Counted from the stretch's first letter, positions 26,974 through 37,426 are shown. The stretch is DNA of 64,000 nt from an uncultured Vampirovibrio sp. (GCA_910584405.1 CAJUAL010000007.1:46895-110894), one strand, 5' to 3'. Notes: generated from the letters alone by a model not told the origin. A program made the numbers and translations.

Positions 26974-28028
26974 TATTTTTCTCCGCGTACAGATTTAACG
27001 TAATCTTCCATAACCTGACTATAAATCAATCTGTATTCATCATTATCCGGAGCCAGACTTATTGAAGCTCTATATGCTTGAATTGCTTGTTCAAGATCTT
27101 TATTAAGATAATGAACATTTCCTAATAACATGTAAGTTTCAGGGTCATTTGGTGCAGATTGAATTGCGCTTTTGTAAAGTTTAACCGCTTCATCCAAACG
27201 ATTTGAACTAGAATACAGGTTTGCTAAAAGAACATAAGCATTCGGTGCTTTTGGTTCAAAGTCTATTGCTGTTTTAAACATTTGTTCAGCCTTTTCGTAT
27301 TCCTTAAATTCGGTTAATGAAATTGCGTAACAAATATAAATTCTGTATTTGTCATCTGTCATTGATAAAGCTTTTTCATAATAATTGTAAGCTTGTTTTT
27401 TATCCTTCATAAGGGTAAGCGCGTTTGCTATACAAACTGCAACAAGTTCGTTATCAGGATTTAATACAAAAACTTTTTTGAAAAGTTTTAATGCTGTTTC
27501 ATAATCAAATAATTTAAAACAAACATTACCTAAATCTATCAATGCATTACAATTTTCAGGATCAAGAGATAATGATTTTTCGTAATAAGCTTTTGCTTCG
27601 ACATAATCTTCTATATCTTGATACAATAATGCTATAGCATTATAAATTTCAGGGTTTGTAGAGTTTAAATCGATAGCGCGGTTGTAATAGAATAATGCTT
27701 TAGAAAAGTTTTTCCATTCCGCAAAAACGTTCCCGATATTGTAATAAATCAGGTAATTTTTAGGGTTAACAGCCAAAGCTTTATTGTAATATGACAGTGA
27801 TTTTCTAAAGTCACGTTCATAAAACCACATTGTACCCATTCCGACTAAAGCTTGAACATCATCAGGCTTGATTGCAAGTAAACTGTCTAAGACTGACATA
27901 ACCTTATCATAATCTTTTTGCATCAGGTAAAGTTCTGATAATTGATGATAATTTTGAATATTTTCAGGCTCTTTAGCCATTTTAACGACAAGCTCGTTAA
28001 TCTTCTCATTTAAACTCGTATTTTCCAT
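26973..28028 (-). CDS. TPR repeat protein
   Basis: Multiple 34-aa repeats with the W/L-G-Y-A-F-P pattern (AYNYYEKAL, ALFYYNRAIDLNSTN, and others). Confidence 0.8.
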   Translation of the reverse strand: MENTSLNEKINELVVKMAKEPENIQNYHQLSELYLMQKDYDKVMSVLDSLLAIKPDDVQALVGMGTMWFYERDFRKSLSYYNKALAVNPKNYLIYYNIGNVFAEWKNFSKALFYYNRAIDLNSTNPEIYNAIALLYQDIEDYVEAKAYYEKSLSLDPENCNALIDLGNVCFKLFDYETALKLFKKVFVLNPDNELVAVCIANALTLMKDKKQAYNYYEKALSMTDDKYRIYICYAISLTEFKEYEKAEQMFKTAIDFEPKAPNAYVLLANLYSSSNRLDEAVKLYKSAIQSAPNDPETYMLLGNVHYLNKDLEQAIQAYRASISLAPDNDEYRLIYSQVMEDYVKSVRGEK

Positions 28029-28145
28029 GTCTTAATTGTAGCTTATAAAGTGTTTTTTGTAAAGTTATTATCATTATTGTCATCCTGAACTTTGAAACGA
28101 CCTTTACAGATTATGGATCAAGCTCGGAATGACAGAAAAAGAAAC

Positions 28146-28173
28146 GTCACTCTGAACTTGATTCAGAGTCTAT
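28146..28173. repeat. 28-nt hairpin repeat GTCACTCTGAACTTGATTCAGAGTCTAT (copy 2), in the leader of the TPR operon
   Basis: Identical to 26487-26514. Preceded by CCTGAACTTTG at 28084-28094, as in copy 1. Confidence 0.75.
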
Positions 28174-28256
28174 TTATGCTAATAGAAATCCTAACGGGAT
28201 GAAATGACATTGACAGATTCCGGGTCAGCTTCGAAATTACAGTAACTGGTAATACT

Positions 28257-28292
28257 AAAATCGGGACAGATGATTTACCTTGTCCCGATTAT
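28257..28292. terminator. Terminator after the 182-aa gene
   Basis: TCGGGACA-loop-TGTCCCGA hairpin, A-tract and T-tract flanked. Confidence 0.55.
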
Positions 28293-28374
28293 TAAATTTT
28301 GTTTGCTTCTATTTTCTACTTGTAAATGTTATTCTATCTTCTAATTTCTATCTATCAAACTAAGTCGTTACTAA

Positions 28375-28923
28375 TTAGCTCCCTGCGGTATATTCAGGTT
28401 TCATATTTTTAGCACCGTCTTTTTCCATTTGCTTACAAGCCTCGTAATCTTGTTCTGCAACTTGAAGTTGAGACTCTAAAGTTTCCTTTTCGGTCTGTAA
28501 TAGTTCTTCTTCCTGCTTCAATGGTTCAAGCTGGCTTTCACGAATATTTTCATAATAATTACTTATTGCAGTTTCGTAATTTGATTTATAAGACTCAAGT
28601 TCAGATGTTTGTTGAGCATATAAGCTATTATACTGCGCCATAGTGTTTGCATCGACACCTGTAAAATCAGGTAATCCATTTGCACCAACAGTTATTCCAC
28701 ATGCTCCTGCTGCATTTGCTACGGCAGCATTTCTCGCATCAGAAATAGCTTTTGTAATTTGATTTTTTGCATTTTGTTCAGCTCTGGATAAATCTTTGTC
28801 CATTTTTGCAACGTCTTTCGCCGCTCTTCGGTGACGACGTTGAATATTCATCAGCTGGGATTGTATTTCCCGTTTGCGCCTCCCGGCGGACAGTTTTCCA
28901 AATGCTCCTAATAAGAAACCCAT
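28375..28923 (-). CDS. Hypothetical coiled-coil protein (182 aa)
   Basis: ORF with a basic N-terminus (RRKREIQSQLMNIQRRHRR) and heptad-rich Q/E/S segments. Confidence 0.5.
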   Translation of the reverse strand: MGFLLGAFGKLSAGRRKREIQSQLMNIQRRHRRAAKDVAKMDKDLSRAEQNAKNQITKAISDARNAAVANAAGACGITVGANGLPDFTGVDANTMAQYNSLYAQQTSELESYKSNYETAISNYYENIRESQLEPLKQEEELLQTEKETLESQLQVAEQDYEACKQMEKDGAKNMKPEYTAGS

Positions 28924-29166
28924 TTTTCTATCCTTGTGTTACTTGTAGTGTCCTCGTATTTATATAAAAAATTTGTTTTTCCCATAATTGCTTTTTTTGA
29001 GCCGTTTTATTAAGAATTGTTACAAATCACTTAAATATTTGAGTATATACTTTTTATATCGCAGAGTATCTAATCCAGTATTTACGCCAGTATAGCAAGT
29101 TGAGATTTTTTTGTTTTTTTTGTAGTATTATTTTTGAATTTACATTAATAGACAGAGGATTTTATC

Positions 29167-30210
29167 ATGATAAAGAAGTTTTTTAACCCAAAAACTATAA
29201 TTTTTACACTTTTAACAATAGTAATTCTATTGTTAATGCCTAAATTAATCGGATTATTTATGCTTTTATTTGCCTCATTTGTTCTGGCTGCGGCGTTAAA
29301 TCCGTTTGTTAATAAGTTAGAGTTAAAGGTTAAAAACAGAGCTTTATCCTCTTCAATTATTGTACTTGGTTCAATTGTAGCTTTATTTGCATTAATTTTA
29401 CCAATTATAGTTATGTGTTATAAAGAAGTTGAGTTATTTATTGCAATCATGCCTCAAAAGGCTATGAATTTATATAATTTTGTAACACATTCAAAACTTT
29501 ACGGGCATACATTAGCGGAAATTATTCCAATGGAACAGCTGGTGGACGCTTCATCTAACATTGCACAAAATTTGCTTAATCAATCCGTAAACTTTACCAT
29601 GGCTGCAGCTCAAATGATTTTTGTAACCTTGGCTTTAACCATGTTTATTTATTATATCCTTGTTGATAAGAATTATTTAAGGGCTAAATTTATTGAATTT
29701 TTTCCTCCGAATTTAAAAGAAAAAGCAAGTTGTATTTTGCATAATATTACATCTAAAGTCGGTAATTATGTTAGGGCTCAGGTTGTATCTATGATAACGG
29801 TTGGCGTTATGATTACAATTGCGGTTGCTGTTTTGGGTATTGATTATCCTATTTTGCTTGGTTTAATTGCAGGTATTTTGGATATTATACCGCTTTTAGG
29901 TCCGACGATTGCGCTTGCCGTGATAATTGCAGTTGCTTTCCCGCTCGGGTTAACAAAGATTATTCTTGCAGTAATTCTTTTCCTTGTTGCTCAACAAATT
30001 TCTAATTATGTAATTCGTCCATTCTTGTTTGGTAAGTTTATGAAACTTCATCCGATTACAATATTGGTTGCCTTGTTTGTAGCAGAAGAATTTCTGGGTG
30101 TTTGGGGGGTAATCTTATCTCCTGCAATTGCAGCTACAATTTGCGTATTGATTGATGAATTGTATTTAACTCCAATAAATGAAAAGGAATCAGGTAACGG
30201 AGTTGAATAA
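29167..30210 (+). CDS. AI-2E family transporter (UPF0118/PerM-like)
   Basis: Eight TM segments with the AI-2E topology. Length 347 aa. Confidence 0.75.
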   Translation: MIKKFFNPKTIIFTLLTIVILLLMPKLIGLFMLLFASFVLAAALNPFVNKLELKVKNRALSSSIIVLGSIVALFALILPIIVMCYKEVELFIAIMPQKAMNLYNFVTHSKLYGHTLAEIIPMEQLVDASSNIAQNLLNQSVNFTMAAAQMIFVTLALTMFIYYILVDKNYLRAKFIEFFPPNLKEKASCILHNITSKVGNYVRAQVVSMITVGVMITIAVAVLGIDYPILLGLIAGILDIIPLLGPTIALAVIIAVAFPLGLTKIILAVILFLVAQQISNYVIRPFLFGKFMKLHPITILVALFVAEEFLGVWGVILSPAIAATICVLIDELYLTPINEKESGNGVE

Positions 30211-31738
30211 CAATAGCGAAAAGTTTTTATACCAAAGAGAATTAAGAAAAGATGCGGATTATAATATGTGGTTTGTATTTCCGGGACCTGAATCTTTTGC
30301 TCTATCTTCTCTTGGTTATTTATGGCTTTTTCGTGAAATTGACACACTAAGTAATATTAATATAGAAAGAGTTTATTCTGATACTAAAACAACGCGATTG
30401 ATGCGTAATGATATTGATTTAATTGCGTTTTCTCTAAGCTTTGATATGGATTTTCTTGAAGTTTTCAAGTTTATGGACTGGTGCGGTTATCCTTTTAAGG
30501 CAACAGAACGCGGTGAAGATATTCCGCTTATTTTTGCGGGAGGTCCTGTAATTACCGCGAATCCTGAACCGTATAGAGAAATTTTTGATTTCTTTGTCAT
30601 TGGTGACGGCGAGGTGCTAAATGTACAGATTATTAATATTTGCAATCAAATGAAAGGACAGCCGAAGTCTGAAATTTTAAAAGAATTAGCAAAAATTGAA
30701 GGTGTTTATGTCCCTAATATAAGCAAAAAAGTCATAAAATCGACTAAAAAGCTTCCCGAATGTATCTATACACCTATAGTCAGTGAAAAGACTTTTTTCC
30801 CGAATACTTTTATTTTGGAAGTTGAGCGCGGGTGTGCAAACAGATGCGGCTTTTGTCTTGCTTCATATATTAATTTACCTATTCGCTTTGTTCCGTATGA
30901 AAAACTTATTGAAACAATTGAACTTGGGTTAAAGTATACCAATAAAATTGCACTTTTAGGGGCACAAATTACGGCGCATCCTAAATTTGAAGATATTTGC
31001 CGCTATGTTGAAGCAAAAATTGATAACGGTGAAGATATTGAAATGGGTGTTTCTTCTTTAAGAGTTGATTCATTTACCGTTCCAATTGTAAGAACTTTAG
31101 TGAAAGCAGGACAAAAAAATCTTACGCTTGCAATTGAAGCCGGAAGTGAGCGATTAAGACGGGTAATTAATAAAAACCTTACGGAAGATCAGATTTATTC
31201 AGCAATAGACGCTGCTGTTGAGTGCGGGCTTCGCGGAATGAAATTTTACGGAATGATAGGTTTACCTACTGAAACTATGGAAGATATTGAAGAGATTATC
31301 GATTTATCAAAACGAATTAAAGCAAAATATAAGGGCTTTGATATATCTTTCGGGTTTTCGACGTTTGTACCAAAAGCCAATACTCCGTTTCAATGGTTTG
31401 GAAGAGATAATGAAAAATCGTTGGAGCAAAAATCGAAATATCTTCAAAAAGAGCTTCATAAAATTGGGGTTCAGGCAAGTGTATCAAGTCCTAAATGGGA
31501 TTATTATCAGGCTGTTTTATCTCGTGGTGATGTAAATTTGACGGATTATTTAATTGAGATATACAGGCAAGGAGGAAAACTGGGGGCTTTCAAAAAGGCT
31601 GCAAAACTGCTTAACATTAATACCGATTATTATGCATTAGAAAATTATGGTTACGAAAAATGTCTTCCGTGGGATTTTATTGAAATGCGTCCGGGAAAAG
31701 ATTTTCTTATAAACGAAAGTAAACGTCTTATTTCTTAA
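30179..31738 (+). CDS. Radical SAM protein with a B12-binding-like N-terminal domain (second TIGR03960-like paralog, no DUF2344)
   Basis: CANRCGFC (CX3CX2C). N-terminal MWFVFPGPESFALSSLGY is parallel to KFALAFPDKYEIGISNLGI of the 841-aa protein. The start could alternatively be Met30 at 30266. Confidence 0.7.
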   Translation: MKRNQVTELNNNSEKFLYQRELRKDADYNMWFVFPGPESFALSSLGYLWLFREIDTLSNINIERVYSDTKTTRLMRNDIDLIAFSLSFDMDFLEVFKFMDWCGYPFKATERGEDIPLIFAGGPVITANPEPYREIFDFFVIGDGEVLNVQIINICNQMKGQPKSEILKELAKIEGVYVPNISKKVIKSTKKLPECIYTPIVSEKTFFPNTFILEVERGCANRCGFCLASYINLPIRFVPYEKLIETIELGLKYTNKIALLGAQITAHPKFEDICRYVEAKIDNGEDIEMGVSSLRVDSFTVPIVRTLVKAGQKNLTLAIEAGSERLRRVINKNLTEDQIYSAIDAAVECGLRGMKFYGMIGLPTETMEDIEEIIDLSKRIKAKYKGFDISFGFSTFVPKANTPFQWFGRDNEKSLEQKSKYLQKELHKIGVQASVSSPKWDYYQAVLSRGDVNLTDYLIEIYRQGGKLGAFKKAAKLLNINTDYYALENYGYEKCLPWDFIEMRPGKDFLINESKRLIS

Positions 31739-32355
31739 ATAGGGGTATAATCCGAATAAACAAGGCTTGCCCAATTTTCGAAATAGCTGATTTGGGTTGC
31801 ACTCCCTGTTCTTATGAATATTTTTGATAATTTATCGGCAGGAATATCAAGAGCAGCACAAATTGCAGCTTGAATCACTTCAGGGTGAGTAACGATAATA
31901 ATTCTATTTCCGATATTTTCTTCAACAAGTCGTTCTATAACTTCTTTTACCCTAGTGACAAGTTGAGCTGAACTTTCAGCATCTCCCATTGATTCGTCAG
32001 GGTTTAAAAGTAAATGATTAAAACCTTCCGGATATTTATTGAGGAGTCCGCCGATTGTTTGACCGTTCCAGTTTCCGTATTTTCGTAATGTTAAATCATC
32101 TAATATTACATAATCTTTTTTAAATAATTTTGCAATCATCATGGCTGATTGTACGGTTCTTATTGCCGGTGAGGTATAAATAACATCATTTTTAACTCCT
32201 CTTGCTTTCAGGTACCCCGCAAGAGCTTCCATTTCCTCAACTCCGCCTTCTGATAACGGTGGGTAGTTAAGTGCATCTGAAAGACGTCCCTCTTCCGAAT
32301 AAATAGTTGCTCCATGACAAACAAATGTTATTTTACATTTTCTTTGAAAATACAT
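31735..32355 (-). CDS. Histidine phosphatase (phosphoglycerate mutase) family protein with CHG in place of the RHG motif
   Basis: ITFVCHGATIYSEEGRLSDALNYPPLSEGG...IYTSPAIRTVQSA...IIIVTHPEVIQAA, the family branch-1 pattern. Confidence 0.7.
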   Translation of the reverse strand: MYFQRKCKITFVCHGATIYSEEGRLSDALNYPPLSEGGVEEMEALAGYLKARGVKNDVIYTSPAIRTVQSAMMIAKLFKKDYVILDDLTLRKYGNWNGQTIGGLLNKYPEGFNHLLLNPDESMGDAESSAQLVTRVKEVIERLVEENIGNRIIIVTHPEVIQAAICAALDIPADKLSKIFIRTGSATQISYFENWASLVYSDYTPI

Positions 32356-32428
32356 ATCAGCTCCTTATATTATATATTATAGCATAGTTTTTATTTTTGC
32401 GGTAGTATAAGAGAAAAAGGAGATAATC

Positions 32429-32926
32429 ATGAAGGGAACAGCTTTTAAATTCGGAGATAATATTTCAACAGACCATATTGCACCCGGCAGACTTTATCAT
32501 TTACGTTCAAATCTGCCTGAGTTTGCAAAACATGTCTTGGAAGATGCTGATGAAACTTTTGCATCTCGCATGAAAAAAGGTGATTTTGTTGTTGCAGGGT
32601 CAAATTTCGGATTGGGTTCTTCTCGTGAACATGCTCCGCTTATTATGAAAATTGCAGGTGTCGGAGCTGTTTTGGCTAAGTCTTTTGCAAGAATTTTTTA
32701 TAGAAACGCTATAAATATCGGACTTTTGGCAATTGAATGTGATACTGATTCTATTGATGAAGGTGATGAATTAGAACTTGATATAGAAAAAGGAATTATT
32801 ACCAACCTAACTAATGGCGCAATTATTCAAATTGAGCCGTTGCCTCCTGTTATGATTAAGCTTTTGGAAGACGGAGGGTTGGTTGAACATATTAAGAAAA
32901 ACGGCGATTTTAAACTTACTGACTAA
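32429..32926 (+). CDS. LeuD-like aconitase-family small subunit (3-isopropylmalate/homoaconitate dehydratase small subunit type), orphan
   Basis: [15 protein letters not shown]...[17 protein letters not shown]...[17 protein letters not shown] is the short, archaeal-type 165-aa LeuD pattern. Confidence 0.75.
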   Translation: MKGTAFKFGDNISTDHIAPGRLYHLRSNLPEFAKHVLEDADETFASRMKKGDFVVAGSNFGLGSSREHAPLIMKIAGVGAVLAKSFARIFYRNAINIGLLAIECDTDSIDEGDELELDIEKGIITNLTNGAIIQIEPLPPVMIKLLEDGGLVEHIKKNGDFKLTD

Positions 32927-33020
32927 TTGTTTTTAACGTAAACTCTTAATATATTGAGTTTAATGTAAAATTATTATATCCTATTTGTTATAGGACAGAC
33001 TTATTTTAAAGGGAGAAAGC

Positions 33021-34322
33021 ATGAATATTCAAGAACGTTTAGACGGCATAAATGCAGTTATTAAAAACATTGCAGAATTTATTCAAACTGATGAAAATAT
33101 AAAAACTGATTTTAACGAATACTTAAGAACAATCGGTGCTAATTCAAAAAACGGTATTCCGTTACAAACAGCATGTTTTAGCTATATATTAGAACGAAAT
33201 CTCGGGGAAGATTTAAAAAGTATTCCTCAGCTTTATCTTGAAAGTAACAAAGGGCTTGATAAAGATATAAAAGATATTGTAAGTGCTATTGATGAATCAA
33301 TTTCATCGGTTTTTGAGATTAAAAAGGTTACAAAAACAGGATTTGAACTGCTTAATATCGTCAATGAACGCAAATATATGATTACATCATTGATGAAAAT
33401 GACTTCATTCAGAGGTTTAGGTTCAGGTGATTATATTATTGCTCGTATTGTTAATATCAATGGCGATTACTTCCTGTTAGAAATCTCAGGAGTTCTGCCT
33501 GCAACTAAAAAAGACGATGCTTATCGTTTTGCGGTTGCAAAGATTATCCAAAACCCTGAGCTTGTTTACCTTGACAACCCTGAAAAACAAAAAGAAATCG
33601 AAGAAGATGTTGCGGATATTTATAAAAAATTTGTTGAATTTTTTGGTACAACAGAAGTTATTACAACCAATAAAAATGCTGATGCTTTAATCGGTGTATT
33701 TAACGATTATGCTGAAGAAGGCACAAAAGCTGATTTCTCAGCACTTATTGCAGAACCTGAAGAGTATAAATTCTTTAATGTCAGTGAATTTAACAACTCT
33801 TACGATAACTTTTTGGAAAATTCTTTGGGCGGATTCTCTTCACATAAAGAAACATATGACGTAGGAATTATTTATGATGAAGAATTAGGATTGTACGCAA
33901 TTCCTTTTTACGGAACATTTAACAAGATTTTTGAAGTAAAAGATTATACAAAAGTTACCAATTACGATTCTTGTATAAAATATTTTCTTCAAAATGATAA
34001 ATACAGTGCAAATCTTATCAGAATGGTAGCTTCAAAGCATAAAAACTTTATGGAAATTGTTAACGCTGTTCTTGCTAAGAATTATTCATTGGAAGAATTA
34101 TTGAAAAAGTATAAAAGAAGATATATTAATAATAAGATTATATCTTCAACAACAGTATTATACCGTTCAAATGCATTTTCAAGCACGCTTGGTATAATCG
34201 AAGATAACGAATCAAGACCTCAGATTGATACAACACAAAAAATCGGCAGAAATGACCCTTGTCCTTGCGGAAGCGGTAAAAAATATAAAAAATGCTGCGG
34301 GGCTGCTGTTCTTCAAAGCTAA
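33021..34322 (+). CDS. Hypothetical protein with a C-terminal SEC-C metal-binding motif
   Basis: [18 protein letters not shown] at the C-terminus. Confidence 0.55.
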   Translation: MNIQERLDGINAVIKNIAEFIQTDENIKTDFNEYLRTIGANSKNGIPLQTACFSYILERNLGEDLKSIPQLYLESNKGLDKDIKDIVSAIDESISSVFEIKKVTKTGFELLNIVNERKYMITSLMKMTSFRGLGSGDYIIARIVNINGDYFLLEISGVLPATKKDDAYRFAVAKIIQNPELVYLDNPEKQKEIEEDVADIYKKFVEFFGTTEVITTNKNADALIGVFNDYAEEGTKADFSALIAEPEEYKFFNVSEFNNSYDNFLENSLGGFSSHKETYDVGIIYDEELGLYAIPFYGTFNKIFEVKDYTKVTNYDSCIKYFLQNDKYSANLIRMVASKHKNFMEIVNAVLAKNYSLEELLKKYKRRYINNKIISSTTVLYRSNAFSSTLGIIEDNESRPQIDTTQKIGRNDPCPCGSGKKYKKCCGAAVLQS

Positions 34323-34327
34323 AAATT

Positions 34328-35980
34328 ATGATTAAACAGTTAAAACTAAAAAATTACATATTAATAGATGAACTGTGCGCGAATTTTGATAATCGGCTTA
34401 ACATTATAACAGGTGAAACAGGCGCAGGTAAAAGTATTTTGTTAAATGCAATTGACTTGGTTTTTTCATCTCGTGTATCAAAAGATGTAATAAAAACAGG
34501 CTGTGATAAAGCTTGTATTGAAATTACTCTTGATAATACAAAGCATGATTTGACTGAATTGTTTGAGGAAAACGGTATTGATAATCTGGGAACGGAAGTT
34601 ATTATTACCAAAGAAATTACTCAAAGCTCTGTTCGCTCAAGAATTAACGGAACTCTTGTAAATCAGGAGCTTCTGAAAAGTTTGAGAACTTTGTTTGTTG
34701 ATATTCACTCTCAGCATCAGACGTATACCTTTTTACAGCCACAGTATCATATTAATTTGCTTGATTCATACGGCAGAGACGATTACGGCAATCTTTTAGA
34801 CTCTTATAAGACTTTGTATTCCCGATTTGAAGCTTTGCAAAAACAACTTGAAACCGCAAAAAATTCGGCTAATGCTACAGAATCTCAGATTGATTTTCTT
34901 AAATTTCAAATAAATGAGATTGAAGAGGTTAATATTCAAGGAATAAATGAAGATGAAGAATTATCTCAAGAGCTTGAAGTGCTTGCAAACGCTGAAAAAC
35001 TCAAAGATTTGACGGGAAGTTCATACTGGGCAATAAACGGTGACGACGGGTCTATCTTAGAAGCTTTAACAAAAATTAAGTATGATATTTCAAAAGCTGT
35101 ATCTTTTGACTCTAAATTAGAGCCTTTAAGCCAGCAGTTTTTGGATGCTATGGAAAATTTGCGTGATATATCATCAGAATTAAGGGATTACAGCCAAAGC
35201 CTAGATAACGATACAGCACGCTTAGATGAAATTCAGGAACGATTGTTCTTAATGGATAAATTAAAGCGTAAATACGGCGGAACCCTTGAGTCTGTCCTGA
35301 AAAGTTATGAAGAATTTTCTACCGAGCTTTCAAATATAGAGTTCTCAACTAAAAATGTAGAAGAACTGGAAAAAGAAATTACATCAATTAAGGCTGAATT
35401 AACCGCTCTTGCAGCTCAAATTACCGAAAATCGCAGCAATTACGCTCAAGTCTTATCAGTATTAATTCAAGATAAGTTAGCAGTATTGGAACTTCCTAAA
35501 GCCAGATTTGAAATAAGAATAACTCCTAAAAATTTATCTTCAAATGGTGCGGATAACGTTGAATTTATGATTTCGACAAATGTATCGGAGGATTTGAAAC
35601 CTTTAGCAAAAGTAGCTTCAGGCGGTGAAATTTCTCGTGTTATGCTTGCTATAAAATCTATTTTTGCACAAAATGATGAAATAGATACGGTAATTTTTGA
35701 TGAAATAGATACAGGAATTTCAGGTAAGGCGACTCAAAGTGTTGCCGATGAAATGGTGGAATTAAGTAAATCTCATCAGATAATTATTATTACTCACCAG
35801 GCAATTATTGCTTCAAAAGCTGACAAACACTTCTATGTACGTAAATCGCAAGCTGATGAAACAAAGGTTGAAGTTTATGTCTTAACAGGTGATAATAAAA
35901 TTAAAGCAATAGCTGAGCTTGCAGGCGGTACGATTAACGAACAATCTATTGAATTTGCAAAATCGCTTATTGAAACGTAA
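34328..35980 (+). CDS. recN: DNA repair protein RecN
   Basis: MIKQLKLKNYILIDELCANFDNRLNIITGETGAGKSIL Walker A, long coiled coil, C-terminal signature/Walker B. The start was set at the first ATG after the upstream stop. Confidence 0.85.
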   Translation: MIKQLKLKNYILIDELCANFDNRLNIITGETGAGKSILLNAIDLVFSSRVSKDVIKTGCDKACIEITLDNTKHDLTELFEENGIDNLGTEVIITKEITQSSVRSRINGTLVNQELLKSLRTLFVDIHSQHQTYTFLQPQYHINLLDSYGRDDYGNLLDSYKTLYSRFEALQKQLETAKNSANATESQIDFLKFQINEIEEVNIQGINEDEELSQELEVLANAEKLKDLTGSSYWAINGDDGSILEALTKIKYDISKAVSFDSKLEPLSQQFLDAMENLRDISSELRDYSQSLDNDTARLDEIQERLFLMDKLKRKYGGTLESVLKSYEEFSTELSNIEFSTKNVEELEKEITSIKAELTALAAQITENRSNYAQVLSVLIQDKLAVLELPKARFEIRITPKNLSSNGADNVEFMISTNVSEDLKPLAKVASGGEISRVMLAIKSIFAQNDEIDTVIFDEIDTGISGKATQSVADEMVELSKSHQIIIITHQAIIASKADKHFYVRKSQADETKVEVYVLTGDNKIKAIAELAGGTINEQSIEFAKSLIET

Positions 35981-36004
35981 TTAATTAAGAAAGGGGAGTT
36001 ATGT

Positions 36005-37291
36005 ATGATTTGTCCAAAATGTAATATCGCATTGGAAACTTTGCGCGTAAAAAGTGTTACTGTTTATTATTGTAAAACATGCAAAGCTATGTGGGTTTCA
36101 TTCCCTATGTTAAAGAAAATCGGAGCGATGCTCGATTTAAAATCCGAGCTGTTAAATCCTGCCGATATGGAATCAATTAATGTTAAAGAAGCTCCAAGAG
36201 CATGTCCTGAATGTACAAAACCTATGGATAAAGTTTATTTTAACGGAACACTTGTTGATAAGTGCTCTGAATGTAACGGTGTTTGGTTTGATAACGGGGA
36301 ATTATCTAAGTATTTTAGTTTCTTTATGAAAAATCCTGCAAAATTAACTGATAATGTTACTTTTGTCAAAGAAGTTTGCAGTATTGAACCCAAAAAAGAA
36401 CCGGAATATCATGAACTTGAAATCCAGAGTAAAGAAGTGGAAAAACCTGTATTATCTGTTAACGGTTTTTTTGTTGCATTTTGTTTGCTACTTGTTATTG
36501 CAGTAAGTTTATTACTGGTAATGGTAGCCCCGTTATTTGCAGCGCTTATCCCGATTTTAGTTATAGTTACGGTATTCGTTTGTGCAGGGTTTAAAATTTT
36601 AAAGCCTCAGGAAGCTTTTGTACTTACATTATTCGGTAAATATATGGGTACATTGCGAGGCGCAGGTTTTCACTGGGTTAACCCGCTTGCAGTCAGTGTA
36701 ACTCCGTTTACTCCGGTATCTTTAAAGGCTATGACCTTAGAAAACGGAAAACAAAAGATTAATGATCAAATGGGTAATCCTATTGAAGTCGGTATTATCG
36801 TAATTTGGGAAGTTCAAGATACTGCTAAAGCGATTTTCAATGTTGAAGATTACAAATCGTTTATTTCGGCTCAAAGTGATTCTGCGCTTAGAAATATTGT
36901 CAGAATGTATCCTTATGATGCTCCTGAAGCTTCAGGAGTCCAATCTTTAAGAGGTGACAGTGCAGAAATTTCTGCTAAACTAAAAGCCGAAATTCAACGT
37001 AATGTGAAAGTCGCAGGTATAAGAGTTGTTGATGCTAAAATAACCCATCTGGCTTACGCTCCTGAAATTGCTGTTGCAATGCTTCAAAGACAACAGGCTG
37101 CTGCTGTTATTGATGCGAAAAAAGCTATTGTCGACGGAGCTGTAGGTATGGTTGAAATGGCTTTAAACAGATTAAGTTCTAATAATGTTGTTCAATTAGA
37201 CGAGCTTGAAAAAGCTAAAATGGTTAATAACCTTCTTGTAATACTTTGCAGTAATAAAGAAGCTCAACCGGTTATAGGAAACAGACATTAA
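36005..37291 (+). CDS. SPFH/band-7 domain protein with N-terminal tandem zinc ribbons (zf-TFIIB type) and a TM segment
   Basis: CPKCNIALETL...YYCKTCKAMW and CPECTKPMDKVYF...CSECNGVWFDNGEL ribbons. A TM segment FFVAFCLLLVIAVSLLLVMV follows. The SPFH core is AFVLTLFGKYMGTLRGAGFHWVNPL. Confidence 0.65.
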   Translation: MICPKCNIALETLRVKSVTVYYCKTCKAMWVSFPMLKKIGAMLDLKSELLNPADMESINVKEAPRACPECTKPMDKVYFNGTLVDKCSECNGVWFDNGELSKYFSFFMKNPAKLTDNVTFVKEVCSIEPKKEPEYHELEIQSKEVEKPVLSVNGFFVAFCLLLVIAVSLLLVMVAPLFAALIPILVIVTVFVCAGFKILKPQEAFVLTLFGKYMGTLRGAGFHWVNPLAVSVTPFTPVSLKAMTLENGKQKINDQMGNPIEVGIIVIWEVQDTAKAIFNVEDYKSFISAQSDSALRNIVRMYPYDAPEASGVQSLRGDSAEISAKLKAEIQRNVKVAGIRVVDAKITHLAYAPEIAVAMLQRQQAAAVIDAKKAIVDGAVGMVEMALNRLSSNNVVQLDELEKAKMVNNLLVILCSNKEAQPVIGNRH

Positions 37292-37350
37292 GATTTAATA
37301 GGGGCGAAGCCTTATGGCTTCGCCCCTTAAACTCTATCCCGCATTCGGGG

Positions 37351-37389
37351 ACAAAAAATAAAACTGATACAGAAAAGCTCCTATATCAG
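37351..37389 (-). terminator. Rho-independent terminator of the sigma factor gene
   Basis: On the minus strand, CTGATATAGgagcttttCTGTATCAG followed by TTTTATTTTTT. An adjacent GC-rich hairpin at 37300-37328 probably serves the plus-strand SPFH gene. Confidence 0.6.
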
Positions 37390-37426
37390 TGATGAAAGAT
37401 GATGAATTTTACAACTATGAGTATGA

